From an uncultured delta proteobacterium (GTDB lineage: Bacteria; Desulfobacterota; Desulfarculia; JACQYL01; CAWGVV01), in contig CAWGVV010000001.1 of NCBI GenBank assembly GCA_963826125.1, forward strand, positions 1,232,635-1,296,634: a DNA stretch of 64,000 nt, read 5' to 3'. Position numbers and translations under genes: made by a program. Positions 8,908-18,487 of this stretch are shown here, piece after piece. Under the pieces are notes generated by a model, which worked only from the letters and a program-made list of their open reading frames with translations, did no database searches and had not been told where the DNA came from. Position 1 is the first letter of the stretch. Each line of letters starts with the position of its first letter.

Positions 8908-10272
8908 CTATCGTCTCGGCAGGTAAAGCGCCCAGTCAAGGGCCGCTCGCGCCGCATCCACCACCGGTTCCGAGAACGTCGGGTGCACCCGTATCGATCG
9001 TGCGAGTTCGGTCAGTGTCGCTTCCATCTGCATGGCCGTCACCGCCTCCCCGATGATCTCCGTGGCGTGCGCGCCCACGATGTGCACGCCGAGTATCTCG
9101 TCGTATTTGGCGTCCGCCACGATCTTCACCGCTCCGTCCACCTGGCCCCGCAGCATGGCCATGCCGTTGATGGAGTAGGGAAAATCGCCGATCTTCACTT
9201 CGTATCCCTTGGCTTCCGCCTCTTCCTCGGTGAGCCCCACCGCACCCACTTCGGGATTGGTCCAGACCCCCCGCGGTATCAGGTGGAAGGGGAACACCTG
9301 GTCCGCACCCATGGCGTTTTCCGCCGCGAACACCGCCATGGACGACGAGGCGTGGCTCAACATCCACCCACCGGTCACGTCACCGATGGCATACGCGGAC
9401 CCGCAGGAGGTTTCCAGCTTCTCGTTCACCACAATAAAACCGTTTTCGTCCAGGTCCACCCCGGCGCTTTCGAGCCCCAGGTTGTCCGTGTTGGGCCGTC
9501 GACTGCATACTACCACTTTGTCGACCATGGCCGCCTTGTCCCCCGAGAGGGTAACCGCGTGCCGCGCCCCGGCTGCCTGCACCGATACCACGCTGGTCCT
9601 CGTAATGAGTTCCACGCCCTGTTCCCGGATGGCTGCCCCGATGCGCTGCCCGACGTCGTGGTCTTCCCTGTCCAGCACACGTGCCGATTCCGTGACCAAG
9701 GTCACCTCGCAGCCGAGCGCCTTGAGCATCACCGCGGCTTCCACTTCCATGGGACCGCCGCCCATCACCAGCACCGCAGTGGGGAGTTCCGTCAGATCGA
9801 ACATCTCGTCCGGCGTCAGGGCCGCATCTTTCAACCCCGGTATGTCCGGCACGCTCACCCTGCTCCCGGTGGCGACGATAATGCTTTTCCCTTCGAGTGT
9901 TCTCCCCCCCGCTTCCACTGTTCCGGGGTTCTTCACCATGCCCCGGCCTCTCACCGTTTCCACGCCGTTGTTCTTGAGCAGCGCCTCCATCCCCATGCGG
10001 ATGTCGCCGCTGATGGCCTTCTTGCGCTGCACCAGCTTGGAAAGGTCCATCCCTTCCACCGAAACCTTCACTCCGAAGTCGCCCGACATGCGCGCCAACT
10101 GCAGCAGCTCGGCTCCCCGCAGCCACACTTTGCTGGGTATGCATCCCGCGTTCACGCAGGTGCCGCCCAACTGGCCCGCTTCAACCAGGGCTACGGCGCC
10201 GCCCAACTGGCTCGCCCGAATGGCCGCCGCATAGCCGCCCGGGCCTCCGCCTATCACGATGACGTCAAACAT
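8908..10272 (-). CDS. lpdA: Dihydrolipoamide dehydrogenase E3
   Basis: GGGPGGY, GGTCVNAGCIPSK redox disulfide, C-terminal HPTFSE. Confidence 0.92.
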   Translation of the reverse strand: MFDVIVIGGGPGGYAAAIRASQLGGAVALVEAGQLGGTCVNAGCIPSKVWLRGAELLQLARMSGDFGVKVSVEGMDLSKLVQRKKAISGDIRMGMEALLKNNGVETVRGRGMVKNPGTVEAGGRTLEGKSIIVATGSRVSVPDIPGLKDAALTPDEMFDLTELPTAVLVMGGGPMEVEAAVMLKALGCEVTLVTESARVLDREDHDVGQRIGAAIREQGVELITRTSVVSVQAAGARHAVTLSGDKAAMVDKVVVCSRRPNTDNLGLESAGVDLDENGFIVVNEKLETSCGSAYAIGDVTGGWMLSHASSSMAVFAAENAMGADQVFPFHLIPRGVWTNPEVGAVGLTEEEAEAKGYEVKIGDFPYSINGMAMLRGQVDGAVKIVADAKYDEILGVHIVGAHATEIIGEAVTAMQMEATLTELARSIRVHPTFSEPVVDAARAALDWALYLPRR

Positions 10273-10566
10273 GCATAGCTCCTTTCACCGCCCGTCCCGG
10301 CGACGTGGAAGAATGAAGCAACCGTGTTTACCCAGAGGACACAGGAGAGAATAAGATAACAATAATGTAATAATGCTAGTGAAAAAAATCCGGATTGTAA
10401 AGGACAAAAAACGGAGCATGCGGATGATGGGCGGTAGCGCGGAAGAAAAGCCTCTTGTCCTTCGGACCCGCACAACAAGTTGTCCGGGCCACCCGAAAAG
10501 CAATTTCGTGGCTATAAACGGCTCATTGCTCGGATGCACGTTGCTTTTGCTGAGAATGGAGCGGGT

Positions 10567-10903
10567 AGGCGGTCTTTCACCCTCTCCCTCTGGGAGAGGG
10601 CGGGGTGAGGGTCAAAGGGAGCGTGGGGTGAAAGAAACGGAAAAAGAAGATATAAATGGTTTATTAAAAATATACAATGCAGAACAACTTTGCTAAAACA
10701 TATATTATCGAATTAATCTTTGCCGTATCCCTATCACCTGCGAGTTTGATGTTCTTTTGACTCTTCACTGGAGGTACCGCCATGGCCAATCAGGAACAGC
10801 TCGCAATACTTCAAAAAGGCGTGAAAGTGATACGCCGATACTCTTATGCCTTCGTACCCTCACCCCGGCCCTCTCCCAGAGGGAGAGGGGGGAAAGACCG
10901 CCT
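10567..10903. repeat. Inverted pair of ~47-bp REP elements flanking a ~243-bp AT-rich core (REPIN/MITE-like)
   Basis: 10567-10612 is a near-perfect reverse complement of 10856-10903. Confidence 0.75.
10782..10855 (+). pseudogene. 5' remnant resembling the N-terminus of pentapeptide-repeat proteins, cut by a REP
   Basis: GGAGGT RBS then MANQEQLAILQKGVK, similar to the MANxEHLxILKQGV start of that family; recognisable similarity ends before the REP. Confidence 0.4.
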
Positions 10904-11360
10904 CCTTTTTGCCGATGGTCAATCGGAAACAATGCATGCTTGGTCATTCGCCCTTCTTTGCATGAGGGGCAAACGGATCGTATCGAGATCGATGGAAAGA
11001 AGCCGTACGTGCTGAGCGAAGTACGCCACGCCCTTGGCGGTGCAAAGCGTGAAGAGGAAACAGTTGGCCATGCATCCAGGATGTGACATTCCGAGCAATA
11101 GCGGAAAATTGCACAGCTGGGGGCGGCTGTGCTCCACAAACGGATCGTTTTAATTAAAGCCATTTCCGTGGAGCACAGGCGCCTCGCCTGTGCAACAAAA
11201 TCGCTGTTGGTTGAGAGGCTATCGAAGCACGAAGGAAAATCGCCCGTTTTTCCTTCGACAGGATCCGGCCAAGCTGAAAAGTTTTCCCGGAGGGGCGTGG
11301 GGAACCGCCTTTTTCCGAAAGGGGGTCCCCCACGGTTATGTCGATGAACTCGACACCTTT

Positions 11361-12719
11361 CTAGACGTGCGGGGACTGGTACTCATGGAACACGGTATTG
11401 ATAAAGTCCGTGTTGAAGTTCCCGGTTCGGTAGGGTTCACTGCGGAGAATCCTGATATTGGCGGGAAGGGTGGTTTTCACTCCCTCGATCCTGAGAGCGG
11501 AGCAGGCCGATTCCAGCAGGTCCATGGCTTCCGCACGGGATTCGCCCCAGGCGATCACCTTGGCCAGCATGGGATCGTAAAACGGCGGAACAGCTCCCCC
11601 CTTCAGCAGGGCGTGGTCGATGCGGACATTCGCGTTGCCGTTAGGGATAAAGAGGTCCGTTATGGTGCCGGGAGCGGGGTGGAAGGTATCGGGGTCTTCG
11701 GCGTATACCCGCGCCTCGATGGCGTGGCCCTTCAGTTGCACCTCGTCCTGGGTGAACGGCAACGGTTCGCCTTGGGCGATGCGGAGCTGCTGTTCCACGA
11801 TGTCGATGCCGGTGATCAACTCGCTGACCGGATGTTCCACCTGCAAGCGGGCGTTGATTTCCATGAAATAGTAGCGCCCTTCACGGGAGCGCAGGAATTC
11901 CATCGTGCCCGCCCCGTAATAGCCCATGGCCTTGGCGAGCCGCAGGGTGTAGTCGACCAGCAGGGCGCGTTCATCCGCCGTAACGACCGGCGAGGGCGAT
12001 TCTTCGATGATCTTCTGGTGGCGGCGCTGGATGGAGCATTCCCGTTCGCCCAGACAGACGTAGTTGCCTTGGGTGTCGCCCAGAAACTGCATTTCGATGT
12101 GCCGCGGACTCAGCAGCACCTTTTCGATGTAGCAGTCCGAGGAGTGAAACGCCACCTTGCCCACGCGCCGGATTCGTTCGAGCACCTCGGATGCCTGTTC
12201 CGGCCCGCTGACCATTTCGATCCCCTTGCCGCCGCCGCCCTTGTCCAGCTTCAGGAACACGGGATAGCCGTGCTGTTCGGCAAAGGCCACGATTTCTTCC
12301 GGCCCGCTGATGGGATCGAGGGTGCCGGGGTTGACCGGCACGCCCGCCTTGGCGGCCACGTGTCGGCAGTAGCATTTGGATTCGACGGCCACGAGCATTT
12401 CCGGGGAAGGCCCGATCCAGGTGACGCCGCTCTCCATGCAGGCCTTGGCGAACTCCGCGTTTTCAGACAGAAAGCCGTAACCGGGATGCACCGCGTCCGC
12501 ACCGGTTTTGCGCACCGCGTCCATGATGGCGTCGATGTTCAGATAGCTCTTCATGGGATTGGAAGGGCCGATGTGGCATGCTTCGTCCGCCTGCGCCACG
12601 TAGGGGGCCCCCGCGTCCGCGTCGGAATAGACCGCCACGGTCTTCAGTCCCATTTTGGCGCAAGTGCGCATGATGCGGGGAACGATTTCACCCCGGTTGG
12701 CGATAAGTACTTTTTTCAT
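11361..12719 (-). CDS. Biotin carboxylase (AccC-like)
   Basis: IANRGEI, HPGYGFLSENA, GGGGKG, RECSIQRRHQK, EINARLQVEHPV. Confidence 0.93.
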   Translation of the reverse strand: MKKVLIANRGEIVPRIMRTCAKMGLKTVAVYSDADAGAPYVAQADEACHIGPSNPMKSYLNIDAIMDAVRKTGADAVHPGYGFLSENAEFAKACMESGVTWIGPSPEMLVAVESKCYCRHVAAKAGVPVNPGTLDPISGPEEIVAFAEQHGYPVFLKLDKGGGGKGIEMVSGPEQASEVLERIRRVGKVAFHSSDCYIEKVLLSPRHIEMQFLGDTQGNYVCLGERECSIQRRHQKIIEESPSPVVTADERALLVDYTLRLAKAMGYYGAGTMEFLRSREGRYYFMEINARLQVEHPVSELITGIDIVEQQLRIAQGEPLPFTQDEVQLKGHAIEARVYAEDPDTFHPAPGTITDLFIPNGNANVRIDHALLKGGAVPPFYDPMLAKVIAWGESRAEAMDLLESACSALRIEGVKTTLPANIRILRSEPYRTGNFNTDFINTVFHEYQSPHV

Positions 12720-12740
12720 AGCTTCTCTTCCCCGCCCGGG

Positions 12741-12962
12741 TCACTCCACTTCGAGGACAACCATGGGCGTGTTGACTTCCATCTCATCCCATTCCTTCAC
12801 CAGGATGGACTTCACGGTGCCGTCGTACTCGGAGACGACGGACAGTTCGTTCTTCATGCAGTTGATTACCGCCACTTCCTGGCCTTTTTTCACGCTGTCG
12901 CCCTCATTCACCACGACGCGGGCCACGAGTCCCGGCATATGGGCGTTTACGTTTGCTTCCAT
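12741..12962 (-). CDS. Stand-alone biotin carboxyl carrier protein
   Basis: MPGLV..EGDSV..NCMKNE (biotinyl-Lys context); GGAGG RBS before ATG 12962. Confidence 0.85.
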   Translation of the reverse strand: MEANVNAHMPGLVARVVVNEGDSVKKGQEVAVINCMKNELSVVSEYDGTVKSILVKEWDEMEVNTPMVVLEVE

Positions 12963-13024
12963 GGTAGAAACCTCCTTCAAAACGAACGATGCGTTGGAAT
13001 AGTCGTTTTCCGGTCAACCGATGT

Positions 13025-14008
13025 TCAGGCCAGCGAATCGGGAGTCAACAACGCTTTCTGTTCCTTGCGCGCCGCGACCGCTTCTTCCTGCGAGCTGAGC
13101 GTGAACTTGATGAAATCCCGCGACGGGATACCCTGGCCGATTTTCCACAGGTCGGCGTTGATGACGTTCAGCGCGCACATGTAGCCGCCGAGCGTCGGGC
13201 CGTCCGCGATGAGCAGGATCGGCGTGTTGCCGCAGATGTTGAGCGCACCTCGGATGGCGTATCCGTGGTCGATGATGTTCGAGGGATGGCTCCCCCCTAC
13301 CCCGCCGTCTGTCCGGGAAAAGAAGAAGTCGGGCAGAGCGTCCAGCCGATAGGCGGAACGATTGGAGGTATGCTGAACCTTGAAGGAATTGGTGAACAGA
13401 TAGTTCATTCCCTCTTCGGTGGCGTAGTCCGGGGAGCAGTTGGGGCCAATTATGGCCCGCAGCGTCCATTCCTTGGCATAGGAAGGCACCACGCCCGGTT
13501 TGACCTTCCGGCCGGCAAGGGACGAAAGCGACGCGGAAGGGGCGCCGAACGGAACGACGTCGTCCTTCATGAGCTTTCGCCCTTCAAACCCGCCGTAGCT
13601 GCCGAAGATGCAGGTGGACTTGCTGTGCAGATAGGGGGGCACGTCGATTCCCCCGGCCACGCCGAGATAGCTCCGGAAACCGTTGGGGCCGATGTGGGAA
13701 AACTTGATCACGTCGCCCTTGGAGGCCTTTACCGATTCCCACAGGGGCATGGATTGCCCGTTCAGGGCCGGTTTCATGTCCGTACCGGTAACGGCGATGA
13801 CGCAATCGACGCCGAACTCCGCCTCGAAAAAGCCGCCGGTGATCTCCAGTCCGGCTTCGCCCGGGGCATTGCCCACCAGGAGGTTGGCGAACCCCAGGGC
13901 CACGTTGTCGAACGCTCCGGAAGGTCCCATGCCTTTGCCCAGGTATCCGAGCCTGCCGGGCCAATCCTCCACCAGCGTTTCAATCCCTCCGTTTATCACC
14001 CGTAACAT
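13025..14008 (-). CDS. Carboxyltransferase CT_A_B subunit (PxpC/allophanate hydrolase subunit 2/urea carboxylase-like)
   Basis: VEDWPGRLG..GMGPSGAFD, GFRSYLGVAGGIDVP, SHPSNIID, DGPTLGGY. Confidence 0.88.
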   Translation of the reverse strand: MLRVINGGIETLVEDWPGRLGYLGKGMGPSGAFDNVALGFANLLVGNAPGEAGLEITGGFFEAEFGVDCVIAVTGTDMKPALNGQSMPLWESVKASKGDVIKFSHIGPNGFRSYLGVAGGIDVPPYLHSKSTCIFGSYGGFEGRKLMKDDVVPFGAPSASLSSLAGRKVKPGVVPSYAKEWTLRAIIGPNCSPDYATEEGMNYLFTNSFKVQHTSNRSAYRLDALPDFFFSRTDGGVGGSHPSNIIDHGYAIRGALNICGNTPILLIADGPTLGGYMCALNVINADLWKIGQGIPSRDFIKFTLSSQEEAVAARKEQKALLTPDSLA

Positions 14009-14030
14009 GGTGTCCCGTCCTTTCTTCGGC

Positions 14031-15017
14031 CTACAGCCGAGGCGCCTTTTTGGTGCCTTCCGCCTGTTTTCTCTTGAGTTCCCGCACTTCGCCCTGCACC
14101 TGTTCCGAATTGAGCCATGCGAGGTAGTCCTTGACCACGATCTTTCCCGTCTCGATCCGGTATTCGTAGTCCGTTTCCTTGTGCACATGGTCGTAGATGT
14201 CGAGGACCTCCGCTTCGGTGACTTCGTGGAACTTCACGCGGTCCGCCGGACGGTAGAGGAAGGGTTCCTCCCGGAACATGGGGTGCTTCTGGCTGAACTG
14301 AAACGTGGGGATGGTACGGCCGAACAACTGATACCCGCCGCCCGTGGGCGTAGTGTAGGTGAACACGCAGGGGCCGCCGATTCCTGCCGCGCCTTCGGGC
14401 GTCCAGGTGCGCGGCGGATTGTATTTGGGAACCACGATGGCGCAGCGAGGGTCGACCGGCCACAGAAACGCGCCGCCCGGCCAGAATCCGCCGCCGCTGT
14501 TGAACCATTCCGTGCCCAGGAACATGTCTTTCACCTGCCGGACGGTGACGCCGTTGCACATGGCGATGTACTCGATGTTATACCCGTCGATGACGTTGGG
14601 CGCGTCCGGCCTCACTTCCTTCACGTATTTCGCCACCGCCTTCTTCGTCTCGGAGTCTTCGAAGGCCAAAGGCAGGTGGATGGTGCGCGATTCCAGCACC
14701 ACGTCGTCCACGGTGGGCATGGAGTCTTCCGCGTCCTTTATTTCCGCGATGAGGGTGGAAACGGTCAGCACTTCCGGGTCGAAATGGAACAGGTTGGTGC
14801 GCAGCCCCGGAACCGTTTCGATGAGGCCCTTGATCTTCTTGGCGTGGATGATGTCGTTGACGGCCAGCATCCGGAAGGAATCTTCAAGATGCGCCCGCTG
14901 TTCCCGGCCGTACTCCACCTGCAGGAAGCCGTCGCCCGCCTGCCGGAAGAGCACTTCGAGCCGGGATTCCGTTTCCGGCATGGTGTCCAGTATCACTTGG
15001 TATTTTGTGTCGTTCAT
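14031..15017 (-). CDS. Carboxyltransferase CT_C_D subunit (PxpB/allophanate hydrolase subunit 1/urea carboxylase-like)
   Basis: RQAGDGFLQVEYG, VPKYNPPRTWTPEGAAGIGG, GGYQLFGRTIP; long (328 aa) urea-carboxylase-like form. Confidence 0.88.
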   Translation of the reverse strand: MNDTKYQVILDTMPETESRLEVLFRQAGDGFLQVEYGREQRAHLEDSFRMLAVNDIIHAKKIKGLIETVPGLRTNLFHFDPEVLTVSTLIAEIKDAEDSMPTVDDVVLESRTIHLPLAFEDSETKKAVAKYVKEVRPDAPNVIDGYNIEYIAMCNGVTVRQVKDMFLGTEWFNSGGGFWPGGAFLWPVDPRCAIVVPKYNPPRTWTPEGAAGIGGPCVFTYTTPTGGGYQLFGRTIPTFQFSQKHPMFREEPFLYRPADRVKFHEVTEAEVLDIYDHVHKETDYEYRIETGKIVVKDYLAWLNSEQVQGEVRELKRKQAEGTKKAPRL

Positions 15018-15086
15018 GGTCGCGTCTCCCGTGTGTCCAAGAGATTGTAGGTCATCGGCCGCTCGACGTCGGAACGTCGATTAAGG

Positions 15087-15839
15087 TCAAAGCGCCGGAG
15101 AACAGAGGGTAATTCCGGCGCCCTCGAGAGTCTCCCTCACGGTGCGGGCGATTACGTCCGACCCCGGAGTGTCCGAATGGAGACTGACCGAATTTCCTTC
15201 GATATCGATGTCGTTGCCTTCCGTGGTGGCCACCTTGTTTTCCTTCACCATGCGCAGCACGCGCCGGCCTACCTGCGCGGGATCGTGCTTTTCATGATGA
15301 CGGGTGATGACCAGTTTTCCCTCTCCGTCGTAGCCGAGGTCCGCATAGACTTCATGGACCGTGCGAATGCCCATGGATTCGGCGATGGGGGCGATGACGC
15401 CCGCCTTCATCACGTAGAGGTACGGCATCGGTTTGATGTCCTTGACCGCTTCGCAGATGGCGCGGGCCACGTCTTCCCGACGGTGAGCCATTCCATAGAG
15501 CGAACCGTGGGGCTTCACGTGATGCAGCTGCATGCCGACCGCCTCCAGGAATGCCTTGAGGGCGCCCGACTGGTAGAGGGTGATGTCGTAAATTTCATCC
15601 ATGGAGAGGTTCATTTCCCGTCGGCCGAACCCCTGCAGATCGGGCAGACCGGGATGGGAACCCACCTGTACGTTGTGTTCCTTGGCCAGCATGACCGTCC
15701 GCTTCATGACGGACGGGTCACCGGCGTGAAATCCGCAGGCCACGTTGGCGCTGGTGATGTATCGCATGAAGGCGGCATCGTCGCCCATGGTGTACATTCC
15801 GAAGCTTTCGCCCATGTCTGCGTTGAGATCGAGTTGCAT
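15087..15839 (-). CDS. pxpA: LamB/YcsF family protein (5-oxoprolinase subunit A-like)
   Basis: DLNADMGESFG, ANVACGFHAGDP, HVKPHGSLY, HSDTPG. Confidence 0.9.
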   Translation of the reverse strand: MQLDLNADMGESFGMYTMGDDAAFMRYITSANVACGFHAGDPSVMKRTVMLAKEHNVQVGSHPGLPDLQGFGRREMNLSMDEIYDITLYQSGALKAFLEAVGMQLHHVKPHGSLYGMAHRREDVARAICEAVKDIKPMPYLYVMKAGVIAPIAESMGIRTVHEVYADLGYDGEGKLVITRHHEKHDPAQVGRRVLRMVKENKVATTEGNDIDIEGNSVSLHSDTPGSDVIARTVRETLEGAGITLCSPAL

Positions 15840-15853
15840 GGCTGAGTTCCTCC

Positions 15854-16891
15854 CTAGCGGCCCTTCATGGAGAGCCTGAAACGATCCATGACCACCGCGA
15901 AAATGAGCAGGGCGCCCATGACCACCATCTGCAGGTAACTGCTGATGTTCATGAGGTCCATACCGTTACGGATAAGAACGATAAGAATAGCACCAAATAC
16001 CGCGCCCAGCACGCCGCCTTCGCCGCCCCGCAGGGACACGCCGCCGATCACCGCCGCGGCGATGGATTCCAGGGGGAGCGTCGCGCCCAGGTTGGGTTCG
16101 CCCGAGGCCACGCGGGCGGTGAGCATGGCGCCGGTGATTCCGGCCAGCGTGCCGCACAGCACGTAGGCCAGACATTTGTACTTTCTGACGGCAATCCCCG
16201 AAAGGCGCGCCGCTTCCTCGTTGCCGCCGATGGCGTAGAAGTACCTGCCGATGCGGGTGCGATTGAGCATGATGGAGACGATGATCACCAGCACAAGCGC
16301 GACCAGCACCGGGACCGGAATCCCCCACACCTTGCCGATCCCCAGCATCTTATTGAGGCTCTCCGGCAGATTGAAGATGGGAACGCCTCCCGACAGCAGG
16401 AGCGCGCCTCCGTGCACCACGGACATCATGCCCATGGTAACCACGAACGGAGACACGTGGAAAATGGCGATGGTGACGCCGTTGGCTAGTCCCACGAGCG
16501 TGGAGATGGCGATACCTACGAGGATCCCCGCCATGATGGCCAGAAAGGGATCGTGGATGGAAACCATCGCCTGTGCGGACGCGATGCTGGTGAGCGCCAC
16601 GGCCGAACCGACGGACAGGTCGAATCCCGCGCAGAGGATGGTGAGCATCTGGCCCGTTGTGATCATGATCAGGTAGGTTGCCTGACGCCCGACGGTCATC
16701 ATGTTCGACAGGGTGAGGAACCGTTCTTCGGCGACGCTGAACAGAATCATCAGCGCCGCGAGCAGGAAAGGCAGCACCCCCGCCCGTACGAAGGCCCGTT
16801 TCAGCAGGTTGCCAGGGCCCTGAGGTTTCATTGGTTCGCGGGCCGCAACGGGCTTAAAGCTCCCCGTCTGCGGCATGGCCGATTCGCCCAT
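15854..16891 (-). CDS. Sugar-type (CUT2/RbsC-like) ABC permease; start may be 16876
   Basis: GFDLSVG, GRYFYAIGGNEEAARLSGI, LESIAAAVIGGVSLRGG. Confidence 0.92.
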   Translation of the reverse strand: MGESAMPQTGSFKPVAAREPMKPQGPGNLLKRAFVRAGVLPFLLAALMILFSVAEERFLTLSNMMTVGRQATYLIMITTGQMLTILCAGFDLSVGSAVALTSIASAQAMVSIHDPFLAIMAGILVGIAISTLVGLANGVTIAIFHVSPFVVTMGMMSVVHGGALLLSGGVPIFNLPESLNKMLGIGKVWGIPVPVLVALVLVIIVSIMLNRTRIGRYFYAIGGNEEAARLSGIAVRKYKCLAYVLCGTLAGITGAMLTARVASGEPNLGATLPLESIAAAVIGGVSLRGGEGGVLGAVFGAILIVLIRNGMDLMNISSYLQMVVMGALLIFAVVMDRFRLSMKGR

Positions 16892-18392
16892 TTTTCAACT
16901 CCATATAATCGTAACCGAAACAACCGCTCAGAATCTTTTCCTCGGTGGCTTCGGAGCCCAGCATGGTGCTGCAGATGGTTCCACCATGCATGACCAGAAT
17001 CGTGTGACACAAGTGGAGAATTTCGGTGAGTTCCGACGAGATAAAGATCACCGCGGCGCCCTGCTCGGCCCGTTCCTTGAGGAACAGATAGACTTCCCGT
17101 TTGGCGCCGATGTCGATACCGCAACTCGCCTCGTCGAATACGTATACTTTAAAGTCCCTGGTGAGGCCGCGGGAAAGCATCACTTTCTGCTGGTTCCCTC
17201 CGCTCAGATACTGCACGACCTTGTCGATGCGTCCGGGACGGATGTTCATTTTTTCCACGAGCTTTTTTGCAAAGGAGATTTCACGGTTGCCATCGATGAA
17301 CCCGTATTTCTCGAACAGGGGCACCGAAGCAAGGGTTTGATTTTCCCTGACCGGACGGCACAGAACGAGGCCCTCCTTGTGGCGGTCGGGGGGGAAATAG
17401 AGGATTCCCCTCTGGATGGAATCGGCGGGCTGGATTTTGGTCAATTCGGTTCCTTCGAGCATCACTCGGCCGCCCGTGATGGGTTCCAGGCCGAAAATGG
17501 CCCTGCCCACACGAGATTTGCCGGCACCTACCAGCCCCGCGATGCCAAGGATTTCACCCCGCCTCACGGAAAAACTGACGTCGCGCAATCCGGTTACTGT
17601 GGACAGGTCTTCCACGGAAACGACGACGTCGCCCAAACCGTGATTGATGGCGGGGTAAATGTCTTCGTACTGCCGGCCCGTCATCAGGGTGATAAGGGTC
17701 TGTTCGTCGGCGTCGTGCATGTCCAGGGTCTTCACGTATCTGCCGTCCCTGAGCACGGTGATCCGATCGCCGATCTTTCTGAGTTCGTCGATGCGATGCG
17801 AAATATAGATGATGCCCACGCCTTCCCGCTTCAGTCTGCCAATGACGTCGAACAGGCAGTTCACTTCGCGATCGGTGAGGGAGGCGGTCGGCTCATCCAG
17901 GATGAGGACCGACATCTTCTGCTGGATCGCCTTGGCGATCTCGGTCATCTGCCGTTCGGACCGCTGCAGGTCGGACACCCTCCTGGTGGGATCGAGATCG
18001 AACCCGAGGTCCTGCAACGACTTCCGGGCGGCCTTCATCATGGTCCCGAGGTCCAGGAACCCGCTCTTCATGACTTCCTGCCCCAGAAAGAGGTTTTCCG
18101 CCACGGTGAGCTGGGGAACCAGACTGAACTCCTGATACACGGCGGAGATACCCTGCATGCGTGCATCGAACGGAGAACGGAAGGCGACCGGACGTCCCTT
18201 CAGTGTGAGGGTGCCTTCATCCGGGAGACAGGACCCGGCGAGCACTTTTGTCAGCGTGGATTTCCCCGCGCCGTTCTCTCCGAACAGCACGTGAACTTCC
18301 CCGGAGCGCAATTCGAAGCATACTCGATCCAGCGCCAGAACGCCAGGGTACCGCTTGGTGATATTTTCCGCTTTGAGGAGGACTTCCGGCAT
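16854..18392 (-). CDS. Sugar-type ABC ATP-binding protein (RbsA-like, duplicated NBD)
   Basis: GENGAGKST, ILDEPT, LSGGNQQKV, GIDIGAK. Confidence 0.93.
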   Translation of the reverse strand: MPEVLLKAENITKRYPGVLALDRVCFELRSGEVHVLFGENGAGKSTLTKVLAGSCLPDEGTLTLKGRPVAFRSPFDARMQGISAVYQEFSLVPQLTVAENLFLGQEVMKSGFLDLGTMMKAARKSLQDLGFDLDPTRRVSDLQRSERQMTEIAKAIQQKMSVLILDEPTASLTDREVNCLFDVIGRLKREGVGIIYISHRIDELRKIGDRITVLRDGRYVKTLDMHDADEQTLITLMTGRQYEDIYPAINHGLGDVVVSVEDLSTVTGLRDVSFSVRRGEILGIAGLVGAGKSRVGRAIFGLEPITGGRVMLEGTELTKIQPADSIQRGILYFPPDRHKEGLVLCRPVRENQTLASVPLFEKYGFIDGNREISFAKKLVEKMNIRPGRIDKVVQYLSGGNQQKVMLSRGLTRDFKVYVFDEASCGIDIGAKREVYLFLKERAEQGAAVIFISSELTEILHLCHTILVMHGGTICSTMLGSEATEEKILSGCFGYDYMELKNGRIGHAADGEL

Positions 18393-18487
18393 TTTTATCG
18401 CTCCTTCGCCGGGTATTCCCCGGTGACCCGGAACGATTTGCTTCGTTCCGGGTCCTTAAGGCTGGTCAAACATCTTGCAGTGGCTGG

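Noticed and set aside
10318-10334. Possible second sigma-54 promoter before lpdA (TGGGTAAACACGGTTGC on -)
   Set aside because: GG-to-GC spacing is 11-12 nt rather than the strict 10.
11361-12962. Calling these genes accC/accB of fatty-acid synthesis
   Set aside because: Context is LamB and urea-carboxylase-type CT subunits, with no accA/accD or fab genes, and the carrier is a minimal domain.
11190-13184. 664-aa plus-strand ORF, and similar shadows at 8905-10278, 13683-15050 and 16875-18515
   Set aside because: They lie opposite well-supported minus-strand genes.
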